The translations under genes were made by a program, and so were the position numbers. A stretch of DNA of 64,000 bases from Acidobacteriota bacterium. GTDB taxonomy: Bacteria; Acidobacteriota; CAIWXX01. Location: assembly GCA_040755995.1 (NCBI GenBank), contig JBFMAF010000051.1, positions 1 through 64,000 of the forward strand, read 5' to 3'. Under the pieces are notes generated by a model, which saw only the letters and a program-made list of their open reading frames with translations, searched no databases and had not been told where the DNA came from. Below are positions 8,546-18,783 of the stretch, one piece after another. Each line of letters starts with the position of its first letter. The first letter of the stretch is position 1.

Positions 8546-10000
8546 CTAGTGAATGAAAGAGATGTGTTGGGCCTGCGCCCGGTCGTAGAGATCCGCGTAC
8601 TGCCGCGCCGAATTGCTCCACGAGAAGTCCCCACGCATGGCGCGCATCTGCATGCGCCACCACCGGTGGCGATCGCCGTAGGTGTCGAGGGCGCGGAGGA
8701 TGCAGTGGTAGAGTTCTTCGCCGCTGTAGCCGTAGAACTTGAAACCGGTCCCGGTATCACGATCCGGATCATAATCCTCGATAGTGTCGTCAAGGCCGCC
8801 GGTGGCGCGCACGATCGGGATCGTGCCGTACTTGAGACTGTATATCTGGTTGAGGCCGCAGGGTTCGTAGCGGCTGGGCATCAAGAACATGTCGGCTCCG
8901 GCCTCGATGCGATGGGCGAGCGCGTTGTCGTACATGATTCGTGCGCCGGCCTTGTGCGGGTAATGGTGTGCGAGGGCTCGGAAGAGGTCTTCGTACTCGC
9001 GCTGGCCCGAGCCCAGCACCGCGATGAAGCAGTCGAGGTCCATCAATCGGTAGGCGATCTGGGCGATCAAGTCGAAGCCCTTCTGATCGGCCATTCGAGA
9101 AATGATCCCGATCACGGGACCTTGATAGTCGGGATTCTGGCCGAACTCGCCCAGCAGGTCACGCTTGCATTCGAACTTGCCGTGGAGATTCTCCGGGTTG
9201 TATCGCGCGCGGATGTACATGTCGGTCGCGGGGTTCCACTCGTCGTAGTCCACGCCGTTGACTATGCCGGCCACATCACGGCTCCTCGAACGCATCAGCG
9301 AATCCAGACCGCAGCCGCCCTCGGGCGTCTGGATCTCGTAGCCGTACCGGCGGCTGACGGTGCTGATCAGGTCGGCGAACACCACGCCGCCTTTCAGGAA
9401 GTTGATGGAATCATGGTATTCGAGGCAGTCTTTCGTGAAGTAGCTCCACGGCAGCTCCAGCACCCGCATGTTGTCCTTGTGAAAGATCCCCTGGTATCCC
9501 ATGTTGTGTATCGTGAAGACGGTGGCGGTCCGGAGGAACTTGGGCTCCGACGCATAGTGGGTGCGCATGAATACCGGGATCATGGCAGTCTGCCAGTCGT
9601 TGGCGTGTACGACGTCGACTGACGGCAGCCACAGCCGGACCATCTCGCACACGGCGCGGGAGAAGTATGCGAAGCGGGCTGCGTTGTCCCAGTATGGCCC
9701 GTCGCGCGTTCCGTAGATCCCCTCGCGGTCGTAGAACGCCTTGTGATCGATCATGAAGACGGGCAGGTCCGGGGCTACGAAGCGCCGGTAGATCGCACAC
9801 CCGAGTGTGCTGTGGTTGATCGGAACATCGAGGGTTGCCACAGGTGCGCCGTCGGGAAAAATACCCGCGTACATGGGCATAGCGACGAGTACGTCGTGGC
9901 CCATGGCTTTGAGCGCCTTGGGAAGTGAGGCCGCCACGTCCGCGAGCCCGCCCGTCTTCGCGAACGGCGCCACCTCGCTCGCCGCTACCAGGACACGCAA
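8546..10000 (-). CDS. glgA: Glycogen synthase
   Basis: PFAKTGGLADV, HANDWQ, FTIHNMGYQG, PSRYEPCGLNQ, TGGLDDT; TTG start. Confidence 0.96.
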   Translation of the reverse strand: MRVLVAASEVAPFAKTGGLADVAASLPKALKAMGHDVLVAMPMYAGIFPDGAPVATLDVPINHSTLGCAIYRRFVAPDLPVFMIDHKAFYDREGIYGTRDGPYWDNAARFAYFSRAVCEMVRLWLPSVDVVHANDWQTAMIPVFMRTHYASEPKFLRTATVFTIHNMGYQGIFHKDNMRVLELPWSYFTKDCLEYHDSINFLKGGVVFADLISTVSRRYGYEIQTPEGGCGLDSLMRSRSRDVAGIVNGVDYDEWNPATDMYIRARYNPENLHGKFECKRDLLGEFGQNPDYQGPVIGIISRMADQKGFDLIAQIAYRLMDLDCFIAVLGSGQREYEDLFRALAHHYPHKAGARIMYDNALAHRIEAGADMFLMPSRYEPCGLNQIYSLKYGTIPIVRATGGLDDTIEDYDPDRDTGTGFKFYGYSGEELYHCILRALDTYGDRHRWWRMQMRAMRGDFSWSNSARQYADLYDRAQAQHISFIH

Positions 10001-10206
10001 CCGCCCCTCCGCATGACCGAGTGAAGCTACTCCATCGATCCGAGCGTGTCAAGGAATCGCCGCGGCACCGGCACCGGCCGCGGGTGGAACGGGCGACGCG
10101 GGATTCGCGGTTCGGCATGAGCGCACGCCATCGCGTTGATCTGCGATCCGAGGCCGTGGTAATCTTCTGGCACCGAAAGACCCCGAACGCGAGGTTGTTA
10201 GCAAGA

Positions 10207-10776
10207 ATGTCGAAGCGGCCGTACCAGGACCTGACCCAGGCGCTCGAGGGCTTGAGCGACCGGGAGTCTCGCGAGCTGCAGGAGTACCTGCCGGTAGTGT
10301 ACGACGAGCTTCGCCGGCTGGCGCGGCTTCACCTGCGCCGCGAGCGCAAAGGGCACACTCTACAGACGACGGCGCTCGTCCACGAGGCGTACCTCAAGCT
10401 CGCGGCCCAGCGCAACATGAAATGGCGCGGCCGCGGCCACTTCTTCGCCGTGGCATCGCTTCTCATGCGCCGCATCCTCGTCGACTACGCCCGGCGCAGA
10501 GAGGCTGCACGGCGAGGCGGCGGCGCCGAGCGCGTGACGCTCGACGCGTCCATGCTGGCGTCCAGGCAGGCAAGCGTCGACCTCATCGCGCTGGATGAAG
10601 CTCTGGATCGGCTCGCCGAAATCGACCAGCGCCAGAGCCGCATCGTAGAAATGCACTTCTTCGGCGGGCTGACGTTCGACGAGATCGCCGAGGTGCTCCG
10701 GATCGCATCATCTACCGCCCGCGACGACTGGACCGTGGCCAGAGCCTGGCTCTACGACCAGCTCCGGCGGAGATAG
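10207..10776 (+). CDS. ECF sigma-70 factor, TIGR02999 type
   Basis: VYDELRRLA...HTLQTTALVHEAYLKL...MRRILVDYAR...ARAWL. Confidence 0.92.
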   Translation: MSKRPYQDLTQALEGLSDRESRELQEYLPVVYDELRRLARLHLRRERKGHTLQTTALVHEAYLKLAAQRNMKWRGRGHFFAVASLLMRRILVDYARRREAARRGGGAERVTLDASMLASRQASVDLIALDEALDRLAEIDQRQSRIVEMHFFGGLTFDEIAEVLRIASSTARDDWTVARAWLYDQLRRR

Positions 10777-11017
10777 CCCGATCCGGCGCGCCGGCTGAGC
10801 CGGATGCCGTGCTCTTCCAGGCCAGTGACGCTTCAGTTTCCACTCGCTCCTCCTCACCGCAAGTCACGACCCCGGGGTGACTTGGCAGCAGAGTGAGCTC
10901 AGGCAGGCGGAGGGGGGGAAGGCGATTCAGCTTTCATCAGAACGCTCGAGACAGACGATCAGACCAAGAAGCATCCCGCACACTTCTTTCATCAGCGATA
11001 TCGGTCGCTGTGTCTGA

Positions 11018-12196
11018 TCAAGTCTTGTTCTGGCGTACCCCGTGGATCACCCCCACGACCCTGTGGAGATCTTCAGTCGTGAGGTTGGATCCACTTGGCA
11101 GGCAAAGACCTTTCTCGAAGATCTCCTCTGAGACCCTGCCCCCGCGAACTCTGCAATCGGAGAACACTGGCTGCAAGTGCAACGGCTTGTATACGGGGCG
11201 TGCTTCGATGTTCTCAGCTTCCAGGGCAAGGCGCACATCCTCGCGAGTGGCGCCGAATGCCTCTGGATCTATCATCACGCACGTCAGCCATCGCGTGGAG
11301 CGCCCATACTCCGCCTCCGGCATGAAGCTCAAGCCAGGCAGGTCCACCAGTGCAGACCGGTAGAACTCGAAGTTCCGCCGCCTGGCCTCCAGGCGCTGGT
11401 CCAGCACCGTCAGCTGTCCCCGGCCGATGGCCGCAAGGACATTGGACATGCGGTAATTGTAGCCGATCGTCGAATGCTCGTAGTGTGGGGCAGGGTCGCG
11501 GGCCTGTGTGGCAAGGAAGCGGGCACGCTTGACCAGCGCCTGGTCCGCCGAGACGAGCATCCCTCCTCCACCGGTCGTGATGACCTTGTTGCCGTTGAAA
11601 GACAGGACAGCCATTCGACCGAATGACCCTGCTTTCCTGCCGTTGTAGGTCGCCCCCAGAGCTTCGGCCGCGTCTTCGATCAGGGCCACACCAAACTCAT
11701 CGCAGACAGTCTTGATTGGGTCGTAGTCGGCGCACTGACCATACAGGTCCACCGCCACCAACGCACGCGGGAGTTCGCTCATGGCGGCGCGCTGTTCAAG
11801 TTCTTCCCGCACGAGGTCGGGGTCGAGATTCCACGATAGGCGCGTGCTGTCAATGAATACCGGTCGTGCTCGCTGATAGGCGATGGCGTTGGCACTTGCG
11901 CTGAAGGTGAAGGTGGAACATATTACTGTATCTCCTGGGACGACACCTGCCAGTATCATTGCCAGATGCAGCGCGGCAGTTCCTGAGGACATCGCCGCCG
12001 CATCCGCGACACCCAGGTACCTCGCAACCTCCTTCTCGAAAGCGTCTACATGCGGCCCGAGAGGCGCCACCCAATTCGAGTCAAACGCATCCGAGACAAG
12101 GCTGAGCTCCCTGCCCGACATGTGTGGAGATGAGAGGTAGATGCGCGTGCTCTTGTCCCTTTCCACCATAACGTGCTCGCTACCACCTCCTTTCAC
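11018..12196 (-). CDS. DegT/DnrJ/EryC1/StrS sugar aminotransferase (PglE-like); start uncertain
   Basis: IYLSSPHM, SSGTAALHLA, EDAAEALG, SFNGNKVITTGGGGM, GYNYRMSNV. Confidence 0.93.
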   Translation of the reverse strand: MKGGGSEHVMVERDKSTRIYLSSPHMSGRELSLVSDAFDSNWVAPLGPHVDAFEKEVARYLGVADAAAMSSGTAALHLAMILAGVVPGDTVICSTFTFSASANAIAYQRARPVFIDSTRLSWNLDPDLVREELEQRAAMSELPRALVAVDLYGQCADYDPIKTVCDEFGVALIEDAAEALGATYNGRKAGSFGRMAVLSFNGNKVITTGGGGMLVSADQALVKRARFLATQARDPAPHYEHSTIGYNYRMSNVLAAIGRGQLTVLDQRLEARRRNFEFYRSALVDLPGLSFMPEAEYGRSTRWLTCVMIDPEAFGATREDVRLALEAENIEARPVYKPLHLQPVFSDCRVRGGRVSEEIFEKGLCLPSGSNLTTEDLHRVVGVIHGVRQNKT

Positions 12197-12819
12197 TTCA
12201 TCTCACGGGCGGGGGCGCCCGCGACGGTGACACCGGGCGGAACATCGTTCAGAACGATGGCGCCGGCACCGACTGTCGCCCACGCCCCGATTTTCACCCC
12301 GGGTGTGGCAACCGCGCCTATGCCCAGCAATGCTCCTTCATCCACCCGGACACCCCCTGCAAGGTGGACCCCAGGCGCGAGGTGCGCGAAATCGCCGACA
12401 TCACAATCATGATCGATAGTGGCAGCCGTGTTCACGATAACATGGCGCCCCACCAGCGCGTCGGCCTGGATCACGGCGCCCGCGAACACCACTGTGCCAT
12501 CGCCTATCCGTGCCGTTGGATCAATGACCGCATCGGGGTGGATCGCCTTCGCCCACGGGAGAGCGGAGAAGTCGAGGGCCAGCCTTTTTCGAACCGGGTT
12601 GCTCCCGATCGCCATGATCGCCGGATGGCCCCTCTTCTCCGATGCCGCAGCAAGCGGACCCACCACACGAAATCCGAGCAGCTCTGAGCCGTGCTTTGCC
12701 TGATGATCGTCGTACACCGCGCTAACGTGAATTCCGCTTGCGCTCAGCGTCGCAATGACGACTTTCGCGTGTCCACCCCCGCCGAGGACCAGCACACCCT
12801 TGACAGTCTCAACGGCCAA
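12193..12819 (-). CDS. Sugar acetyltransferase, PglD/NeuD family
   Basis: GGGGHAKVV, AIGSNPVR, hexapeptide repeats, DHDC. Confidence 0.9.
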   Translation of the reverse strand: MAVETVKGVLVLGGGGHAKVVIATLSASGIHVSAVYDDHQAKHGSELLGFRVVGPLAAASEKRGHPAIMAIGSNPVRKRLALDFSALPWAKAIHPDAVIDPTARIGDGTVVFAGAVIQADALVGRHVIVNTAATIDHDCDVGDFAHLAPGVHLAGGVRVDEGALLGIGAVATPGVKIGAWATVGAGAIVLNDVPPGVTVAGAPAREMK

Positions 12820-12827
12820 CCGGCCTC

Positions 12828-13135
12828 TCAGTCCCCATGAACTCGGGCAATGTTGCGTCCGTCGGCGCGCTGATCCGTCTCTCGATCGAGGACCTTCACG
12901 AAGGTCATCCAGAGTATCTTCAGATGGAGCCGGAATTTCATCTGGTCAACATACCACACATCCAGCTCGAACTTCTCCTCCCATGGCATCGCATCCGGCC
13001 CGTTGACCTGGGCCCCTCCTGTCATGCCGGGCTTCACCTCCCGACCGCGCGCCTGCTCGGGCGAGTACCGCGCCAGGATTTTCATCGGCAGCTCCCAGGC
13101 CCAACCAGGGTCATCTCACCTGGCAGCACGTCCGG
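12828..13135 (-). pseudogene. C-terminal remnant of a PglC-like bacterial sugar transferase
   Basis: VLPGEMTLVGP (out of frame), then YSPEQARGREVKPGMTGGAQVNG...WEEKFELDVWYVD; N-terminal half missing. Confidence 0.85.
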
Positions 13136-13199
13136 ACTCCACGCCCAGAGAAGCGTCTTCGATCACCGCAGCGTGGGGCGTGCCCGCGCGCATCTTTCG

Positions 13200-13937
13200 T
13201 CACATTCGATCGCCGTTCTGGATGTCCCACTCAGAGACCGCGGCGTGGCCGCGGATCGGCATCACGCCGACGAATCCGTCGATGATCTCGAAGCCGGCGT
13301 CGGCCAGCGCACGTGCGCGGGAGGGGATGGTCGTGTAGCAGAAGAGTCTGCCGAGGGCGCTGATCGCGGCGGCGAAGTCGCCGTCGATGAAGTGCACGCG
13401 ATTGATGCCGTCTGCCTCTTCGATCACGGCGGCCCATGCGTCCGTGCGAAGCTGTTTCGTCGGGCGGGGCCTTTCGAGAAATTGCATGCGCCATTCGGTT
13501 TCCGTGTAGACGAAGCGGGCGGACGGCGCGGGGGGCGCGACGTGCGCAATGCGACCCGTCCCCCGGCAATAGAACGCAGGCACCATCGTCGCGCCCGACG
13601 CTTCGACGCGTCGCCGGCTCGCGTTGGTCGCGGTGACGAATGAGAGCAGCATCGCGGCACCGCGGCTCCACGCGATCTCGCGCGATTCCTCGAGGATCCG
13701 TGAAAAGTGCCCGCGTCCGCGCGCCACTGGCAGCGTCCACGAGCCGCTCACGATGCCGACGCGCACGCGCCCGCCGCCGGGCAATTCGACGGTGCGATAG
13801 TTGACCGCCGATCCCGCCTCGCCGTTTTCGTGAACGATGAAATCAGCGCCGCGAAACGCCCACTCGAACATCCGCTCGTCCCCCCAGCCGCCGGGGAAAC
13901 AGTGATTCAGCGACGCGAGGTACCGCGGTGCGTCCAT
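13200..13937 (-). CDS. GNAT-like N-acetyltransferase
   Basis: SWTLPVARGRGHFSRIL acetyl-CoA-binding motif A; start MDAPRY coupled to the upstream stop. Confidence 0.65.
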   Translation of the reverse strand: MDAPRYLASLNHCFPGGWGDERMFEWAFRGADFIVHENGEAGSAVNYRTVELPGGGRVRVGIVSGSWTLPVARGRGHFSRILEESREIAWSRGAAMLLSFVTATNASRRRVEASGATMVPAFYCRGTGRIAHVAPPAPSARFVYTETEWRMQFLERPRPTKQLRTDAWAAVIEEADGINRVHFIDGDFAAAISALGRLFCYTTIPSRARALADAGFEIIDGFVGVMPIRGHAAVSEWDIQNGDRM

Positions 13938-14755
13938 CACGACGCCAGCTCGCCCATCGAGGTCCAGAAGACGGCGTCGCCGTAGCGGTCCTCGATCGTG
14001 CAGAAGAGGCGATCGAGCTCGTCGTAGTACGGCGGCGCGAGACCGTCGAGCGCCCTGTACAACCCGGCCTCGCTCAGAAGGTGGGCCTTGATGGAAAGCA
14101 GTCCGCCGGCGTCGATGATCGCACAGGCACGCTCGATGGTCGACGTCGCCTGGAAGTTCGTCGTGAAGTGAAGCAGCCCGCCGAGCGGCGTGGGCTCGAT
14201 CAGCGACACGCCGCACAGTCCGCTGCCGCTGGCTGTCGCGTCACGCGTGACCGGCGTCGTTAGGTCGCGCGCCGAGGCGATGAAGCGGAAGTCGAGATCG
14301 CGCAGCGCGTCGAGCAGTTCGTCCGTCGCGTGCCACGCCGGCGGCGAGAGGCCGCGGACGATCGCAAGGCCGGCGTCCTCGAAGATCGACGTCGCCCGCC
14401 GCACCATCGCGCGGCACACGCGGCGGCTGAGACCTGCGAATTCGGCGATCGGCGTCGATGAACGTCCGACGTGATGCAGGCCGTGGATAGCGATCTCGAT
14501 GCCGCGCCAGTTCCGCAGCAGGTCGCAGAATCGCGGATGCCGATCGAGGCGATACGTCCCGCGCGGCAGCATCGGGATGCGGCCGGCGACGAGGTTCGGG
14601 AACGGCTCGATCGAGCACCAGTCGGGTGTCGTGAAAAGCGTTGCCTTCAACTGCGGATGACGCTCCTGCAGTCTGCGCAGACGCTCGAGCACCGACTCAG
14701 CGACAGGCGCAGGATGGACGTCGTCGATCGAGAACACGACCCGGCCTCGGTTCAT
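13937..14755 (-). CDS. Polysaccharide deacetylase / DUF2334-like protein
   Basis: FSIDDVHP, EIAIHGLHH, GLSPPAW. Confidence 0.75.
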   Translation of the reverse strand: MNRGRVVFSIDDVHPAPVAESVLERLRRLQERHPQLKATLFTTPDWCSIEPFPNLVAGRIPMLPRGTYRLDRHPRFCDLLRNWRGIEIAIHGLHHVGRSSTPIAEFAGLSRRVCRAMVRRATSIFEDAGLAIVRGLSPPAWHATDELLDALRDLDFRFIASARDLTTPVTRDATASGSGLCGVSLIEPTPLGGLLHFTTNFQATSTIERACAIIDAGGLLSIKAHLLSEAGLYRALDGLAPPYYDELDRLFCTIEDRYGDAVFWTSMGELAS

Positions 14756-14879
14756 GAAACGACCGTCGCCGCGTGTTGCGCGATGACCTCCGCCGGGTCG
14801 ACCGTCGCCCGCGCACGCCGTGGTCGAGCCACCGGATGCGACCGCAGAGCGCGCGCGGCCGAATCGTAGTCCCAGGTCG

Positions 14880-16259
14880 TCATGCGAACGCCGCCCGGAG
14901 CCGCCTGAGGATTCGCCCGGGGAAGTTTCTGAGCCGCGTCAGCAGCCATGGGCGCGTGATGTTACGCGCTCTGGCGATCTCCAGCTTGGCCATCAACCCC
15001 CCGACGCGAAACGGGAGTTGCGGGAGGCGCACCAGCGTGCGCGTGAGGCGGTAGCCGTGCGCGCGCGCCGCACCGCATCGCGCGTACAGTTCTTCCAGGT
15101 CATCGACCGTGCGCCTGACTGTGAAGCGTTCGAGCATGAATCGTCGGCCGTTACTTCCGAGCCGTTCCGCGAGGTCGCGATCCTTCAGCAATCGAATGAT
15201 CGCATCGGCCAGGGCTTCCGGATCATTGGGAGGAACGAGAAGGCCGGTCTGCCCGTGCTTCACGGAGTCGACCAGCCCGCCCACGCGCGTCGCGATCAGC
15301 GGCCGGCCCATCATCAGCGCCTCGATGCTCCCGCCCAGGTTTTCGCAGAGCGATACTTGGAGTGCGACATCGAACATGGCCAGCATCGCCGGAACGTCGT
15401 TCCGCTCGCCGGTGAAGAGCACCGCGCGATCGATGCCGAGCGCGAGCGCCGTCGCGCGCAGCCTCTGCTCGTATGCCTCGCCTTCCGGTCCCCATCCTCT
15501 TCCGACGAGGAGAAACTTTGCCGCGGGGCACTCCTTCAGGACCAGCGGAATAGCGCGGAACAAGACGTCATGCCCTTTCACGCCGCGGTCGAGCAGGTGC
15601 GGCGGCGTCAGAAATGCGTTGCGCAGCGGCGGATAGAAGTGAGCTACGAGGCCGACGACCGGCACATCGTCGCCGATCCCCAGCTCGCGCCGTACTGTGT
15701 CGCCCGAGGTGGCTGCCGGATCGAACCGGTCCTCGTCTAGACCGTAGTAGATGACCTCCATCCGCGAAGCGGGCGTGCCGCGCTCGATGTACAGCTCGCG
15801 CGTCTTTTCGCAGGTGGCGATGACGCGCGTGTCGGCCCAGGCCGTTCCTGCTTCGAGGTCGCCGAGGATTGGGGCCTCCAGGTAGAACGTGCCGGGGATC
15901 ATGGAGAAGCGAAGCGGCGCGTCGGCCAGCCACGCCGCGAGGCGTCCCATCAGGATCGAGCCATAGAGGTGGTAGTGGACGACGTCGGCGCGCAGCGCGC
16001 GGAGCAGACGCGACGCACGCCGGATCTTCGAAAACGCGTGCAGCGCCGTCGTGCTCGACGGCAAGTCGAGATCGAGGAACTGGACCGGAATGCCCTCGCT
16101 CGTGAGAATGCGGGCGATCGTTCCGAACCCGCCGCTGAGGACCGCGCTCACGTCGCACCCGCGCCGGCATTGCTCGCGCAGGATGGCGATCAACCACGGC
16201 GCCCCTTCAGGGGTTCCCGCCAGGTGCACGATGCGCAGCGGTCTCATCGGTCGATTCAC
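14880..16259 (-). CDS. Glycosyltransferase family 4
   Basis: KGHDVL, FTGERNDV, ENLGGSIEALMMGRPLIATRVGG, TGLLVPP. Confidence 0.92.
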   Translation of the reverse strand: MNRPMRPLRIVHLAGTPEGAPWLIAILREQCRRGCDVSAVLSGGFGTIARILTSEGIPVQFLDLDLPSSTTALHAFSKIRRASRLLRALRADVVHYHLYGSILMGRLAAWLADAPLRFSMIPGTFYLEAPILGDLEAGTAWADTRVIATCEKTRELYIERGTPASRMEVIYYGLDEDRFDPAATSGDTVRRELGIGDDVPVVGLVAHFYPPLRNAFLTPPHLLDRGVKGHDVLFRAIPLVLKECPAAKFLLVGRGWGPEGEAYEQRLRATALALGIDRAVLFTGERNDVPAMLAMFDVALQVSLCENLGGSIEALMMGRPLIATRVGGLVDSVKHGQTGLLVPPNDPEALADAIIRLLKDRDLAERLGSNGRRFMLERFTVRRTVDDLEELYARCGAARAHGYRLTRTLVRLPQLPFRVGGLMAKLEIARARNITRPWLLTRLRNFPGRILRRLRAAFA

Positions 16260-16644
16260 GGCAAGAGGAACGCAGTGTCCAACGTCGCGTCATCCGGCTC
16301 GATCAGATCGTGACACGCGACGCCATGCTGCGATCGGCGGTTGATCACGGTCAGAGGATATGGCCGGGGTGCTTTGATGTCAAGCGTTCATGAACGCGGG
16401 CGCGACCACTGGACTGTGGCCGGAGCCCGGTTCTACGACCAGATCCGGTGGAGATAGCCTGGCTGAGGTGGTTCTCGCGGCGGCTGTATGCCGAGTGCGC
16501 AGAGCACATCTCATAGGTGGCACCGGCGCTTCTCCAGAAGCATGGTCTTGTACAGGGAGAGATGGGAATCGACCATCATGTCCTCGGAGTGGCTCGTTTC
16601 CACGCCTTGCGGGGCCGCCCCGGCGAGCCTCCGTGCCAGTCCTG

Positions 16645-16896
16645 TTGCGGCACGAGGGAGTGGCTCAGGCCGTCGTTTTCGCCCTATCGCACGAGCTGCT
16701 CGGGGAGGAGGTCGGGGCCGCAGTGGTGGCCCGCGAGGAATCCGCGCTGGATCCATCCGAGCTTCGCGACCTCACCGCCGTTCACCTCGCCAAGTTCAAG
16801 GTCCCGAAGCGAAATCTCGTCGTCGATCAGATCCCGATGGGGCCAACCGGCAAACTCCAGCGCGTTGGCTTGGCGAAGAGACCGGGTTTGGAGTAG
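16645..16896 (+). pseudogene. C-terminal fragment of an AMP-dependent acyl-CoA ligase
   Basis: LLRHEGVAQAVVF...LGEEVGAAVV...LAKFKVPK...IPMGPTGKLQR. Confidence 0.8.
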
Positions 16897-16929
16897 CGCA
16901 GGCGGCTGCGACACTGCATCGAGCTGCGG

Positions 16930-17340
16930 CTATGGCAGAATCACCTTCCCGGTGGTCCTCCGCCCTTCGAGTGCGCGGTGCGCTTCGGCGACGTCGATCA
17001 GCGCATAGCGCTCGTCGCCGCGAATTGTCTTTCGGTACTCGGCGAGAGCGGCTTCCAGGCCGCGTGCCGTGATCAGGGATTCGACGGCGCGGGCCGTCGA
17101 TTCGGACTGCAGCCGCCATGCGGCCTCGATGTTGGCAAGATGGAGGGCCTGACCTTCCGAGACGCGAGTGAAGCTGGCGAGGCCGGGGTACTTCATTTCG
17201 AAGGGGAACCGCTCTTTGGTCGCCGCGAGTGTCGCCCCATCCCGGCGGGCGGCCGCCACGCCGTCCCAGATGTCTTTCAAGTAGGTCACCTGAGCCCGAA
17301 ACTCGGCTCTGGTCATGGCGTCGGAATGCCCAGCGAGGCC
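16930..17340 (-). pseudogene. Chimeric remnant: MBL-fold-hydrolase-like C-terminal part fused in frame to the duplicated qor tail
   Basis: GHSDAMTRAEF...YLKDIWDGVAAARRDGATL followed by VAEAHRALEGRRTTGKVILP. Confidence 0.55.
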
Positions 17341-17426
17341 GTCTACCGACGGATGACGGAGGCCTTCGTCGGTTAGTGCTTTTGATTGGCGACGTGAGCG
17401 GCCACTGCCATGCCGGATGCACTCCC

Positions 17427-18554
17427 TCAACGCGGTGGCATCGATACCTTGTACTTCGCCACCCAGCTCGTTCCGTCTTCGTTCGTCAGTATCGCGTGCA
17501 AGGAACCCTTCGAAAGGACCATGCCGTCGAAGCTCTTGTAACGGTCTCCCTTCGGCATGACGATCCTTCCGCGATACAGGTACTTGCCGTCCAGGGAGAA
17601 GATGTCGACATCCTGCCTGGCGATAGGCGAGTCGAAGCTGTCGACGGTGAAAACGTACACGAGGCCATCGATCACCTGGATGCGGTGGAAATAGGTCAGC
17701 TTCCGGGGGAGAAGCGGGAGCAGCTGTTCCACTCTGTCGGCAGGGATGCTCGAGCCGGCCATGTGCCTCCTCAGCTCCTCCTCGGTAACCTGGCCCCTCT
17801 CCTTCGGGAGGCCGAAGCTGCCGACAGCCTTCCCGTCCAGATCCGATACGAGGATCTCGTAGCGGTCGTTTCTGCCGAAATAGAGCCGGCCGCCGGCCGG
17901 GTCATACCCCATGTTGATCTGGGGAATCACCCCGAGAATCACGCCGCCGAATTTTGTCTGATCCTCCGGCGCGATAGTGAATTCATGGATCGTTTTCGGC
18001 TCGCCGCCCGTCGTGGAGATCTTCCGTATTGCGGCCTTCCCGCCGGGAAGCATGACAAGGGCGCCGGGGGCGGTGAAGAAAACGTCGTCGCTCGTGAAGA
18101 CCAGGGGAAAGCTCTCGAATATGTTGTTCGGAAAAGTCGAAATGAACAGGCCGCTATGATCGTAGCAATGCAGCTTGTCCATGCTGCCGACGATGACGCG
18201 GCAGTCCGACGTGAAGCAGTTGATGTACCGGGAAATGAGCCCCGGGCCGTCCCCGACTCCCGCGAAGGTCCCCAGGATGTCCCCTTTTTCGTCGACAATA
18301 TAGCTGAGGTGCCTTTCGAAATCGTGGAAATAGAGCTTCCCATCGCTCGCGACTCTCGGTTCGCCGGGCCGCTTCAGCGTATCCGCTCCCGCGCGATTGA
18401 AGAACCATACCTTGACGGGCGCGAAATCCCATTCGCCCTTCAGGGGCTTGGCGGAATCGGCCGTTCCGGCGTAGGCCGCCGCGGCCACGCCGGCGCACAC
18501 GACTGCGGCCGCCGCGAGGATAAGACCCGCTGGGAAAATGCTCCTCGGATTCAT
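17427..18554 (-). CDS. Secreted 6-bladed beta-propeller protein
   Basis: Signal peptide; GTFAGVGDGPG, YEILVSDLDGK, DIFSLDGKYL repeats. Confidence 0.75.
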   Translation of the reverse strand: MNPRSIFPAGLILAAAAVVCAGVAAAAYAGTADSAKPLKGEWDFAPVKVWFFNRAGADTLKRPGEPRVASDGKLYFHDFERHLSYIVDEKGDILGTFAGVGDGPGLISRYINCFTSDCRVIVGSMDKLHCYDHSGLFISTFPNNIFESFPLVFTSDDVFFTAPGALVMLPGGKAAIRKISTTGGEPKTIHEFTIAPEDQTKFGGVILGVIPQINMGYDPAGGRLYFGRNDRYEILVSDLDGKAVGSFGLPKERGQVTEEELRRHMAGSSIPADRVEQLLPLLPRKLTYFHRIQVIDGLVYVFTVDSFDSPIARQDVDIFSLDGKYLYRGRIVMPKGDRYKSFDGMVLSKGSLHAILTNEDGTSWVAKYKVSMPPR

Positions 18555-18783
18555 GCTTATGTCCTCCCTTTCGAGACCGTGAAACTCGTGTGAATAATAG
18601 AGCACACTCGCGCAGATTCTACACTCGAATCGGGGAAAAGCTCCGAGTAATTCTTCCTCTAGTAGGGCTCCTATCCCGCGAAGGAACAGACCTTCCTCGG
18701 AGCATGGACGGGCGATCCCATCTGCAGATCATCCGGGGGCTCAAGCACAAATCGATCAGCCACGCCTCTGCGCGGAGCTGCAC

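Larger units (their letters stand above)
10720..16459 (+). repeat. 59-bp direct repeat of the ECF gene 3' end (10720-10778 and 16401-16459) bracketing a glycosylation island
   Basis: 52/59 identical by manual alignment; includes the TAG stop. Confidence 0.85.

Noticed and set aside
8327..9622. 431-aa plus-strand ORF and similar long antisense ORFs (17229, 24082, 25206, 45725, 56288)
   Set aside because: Shadow ORFs opposite well-supported genes in GC-rich DNA
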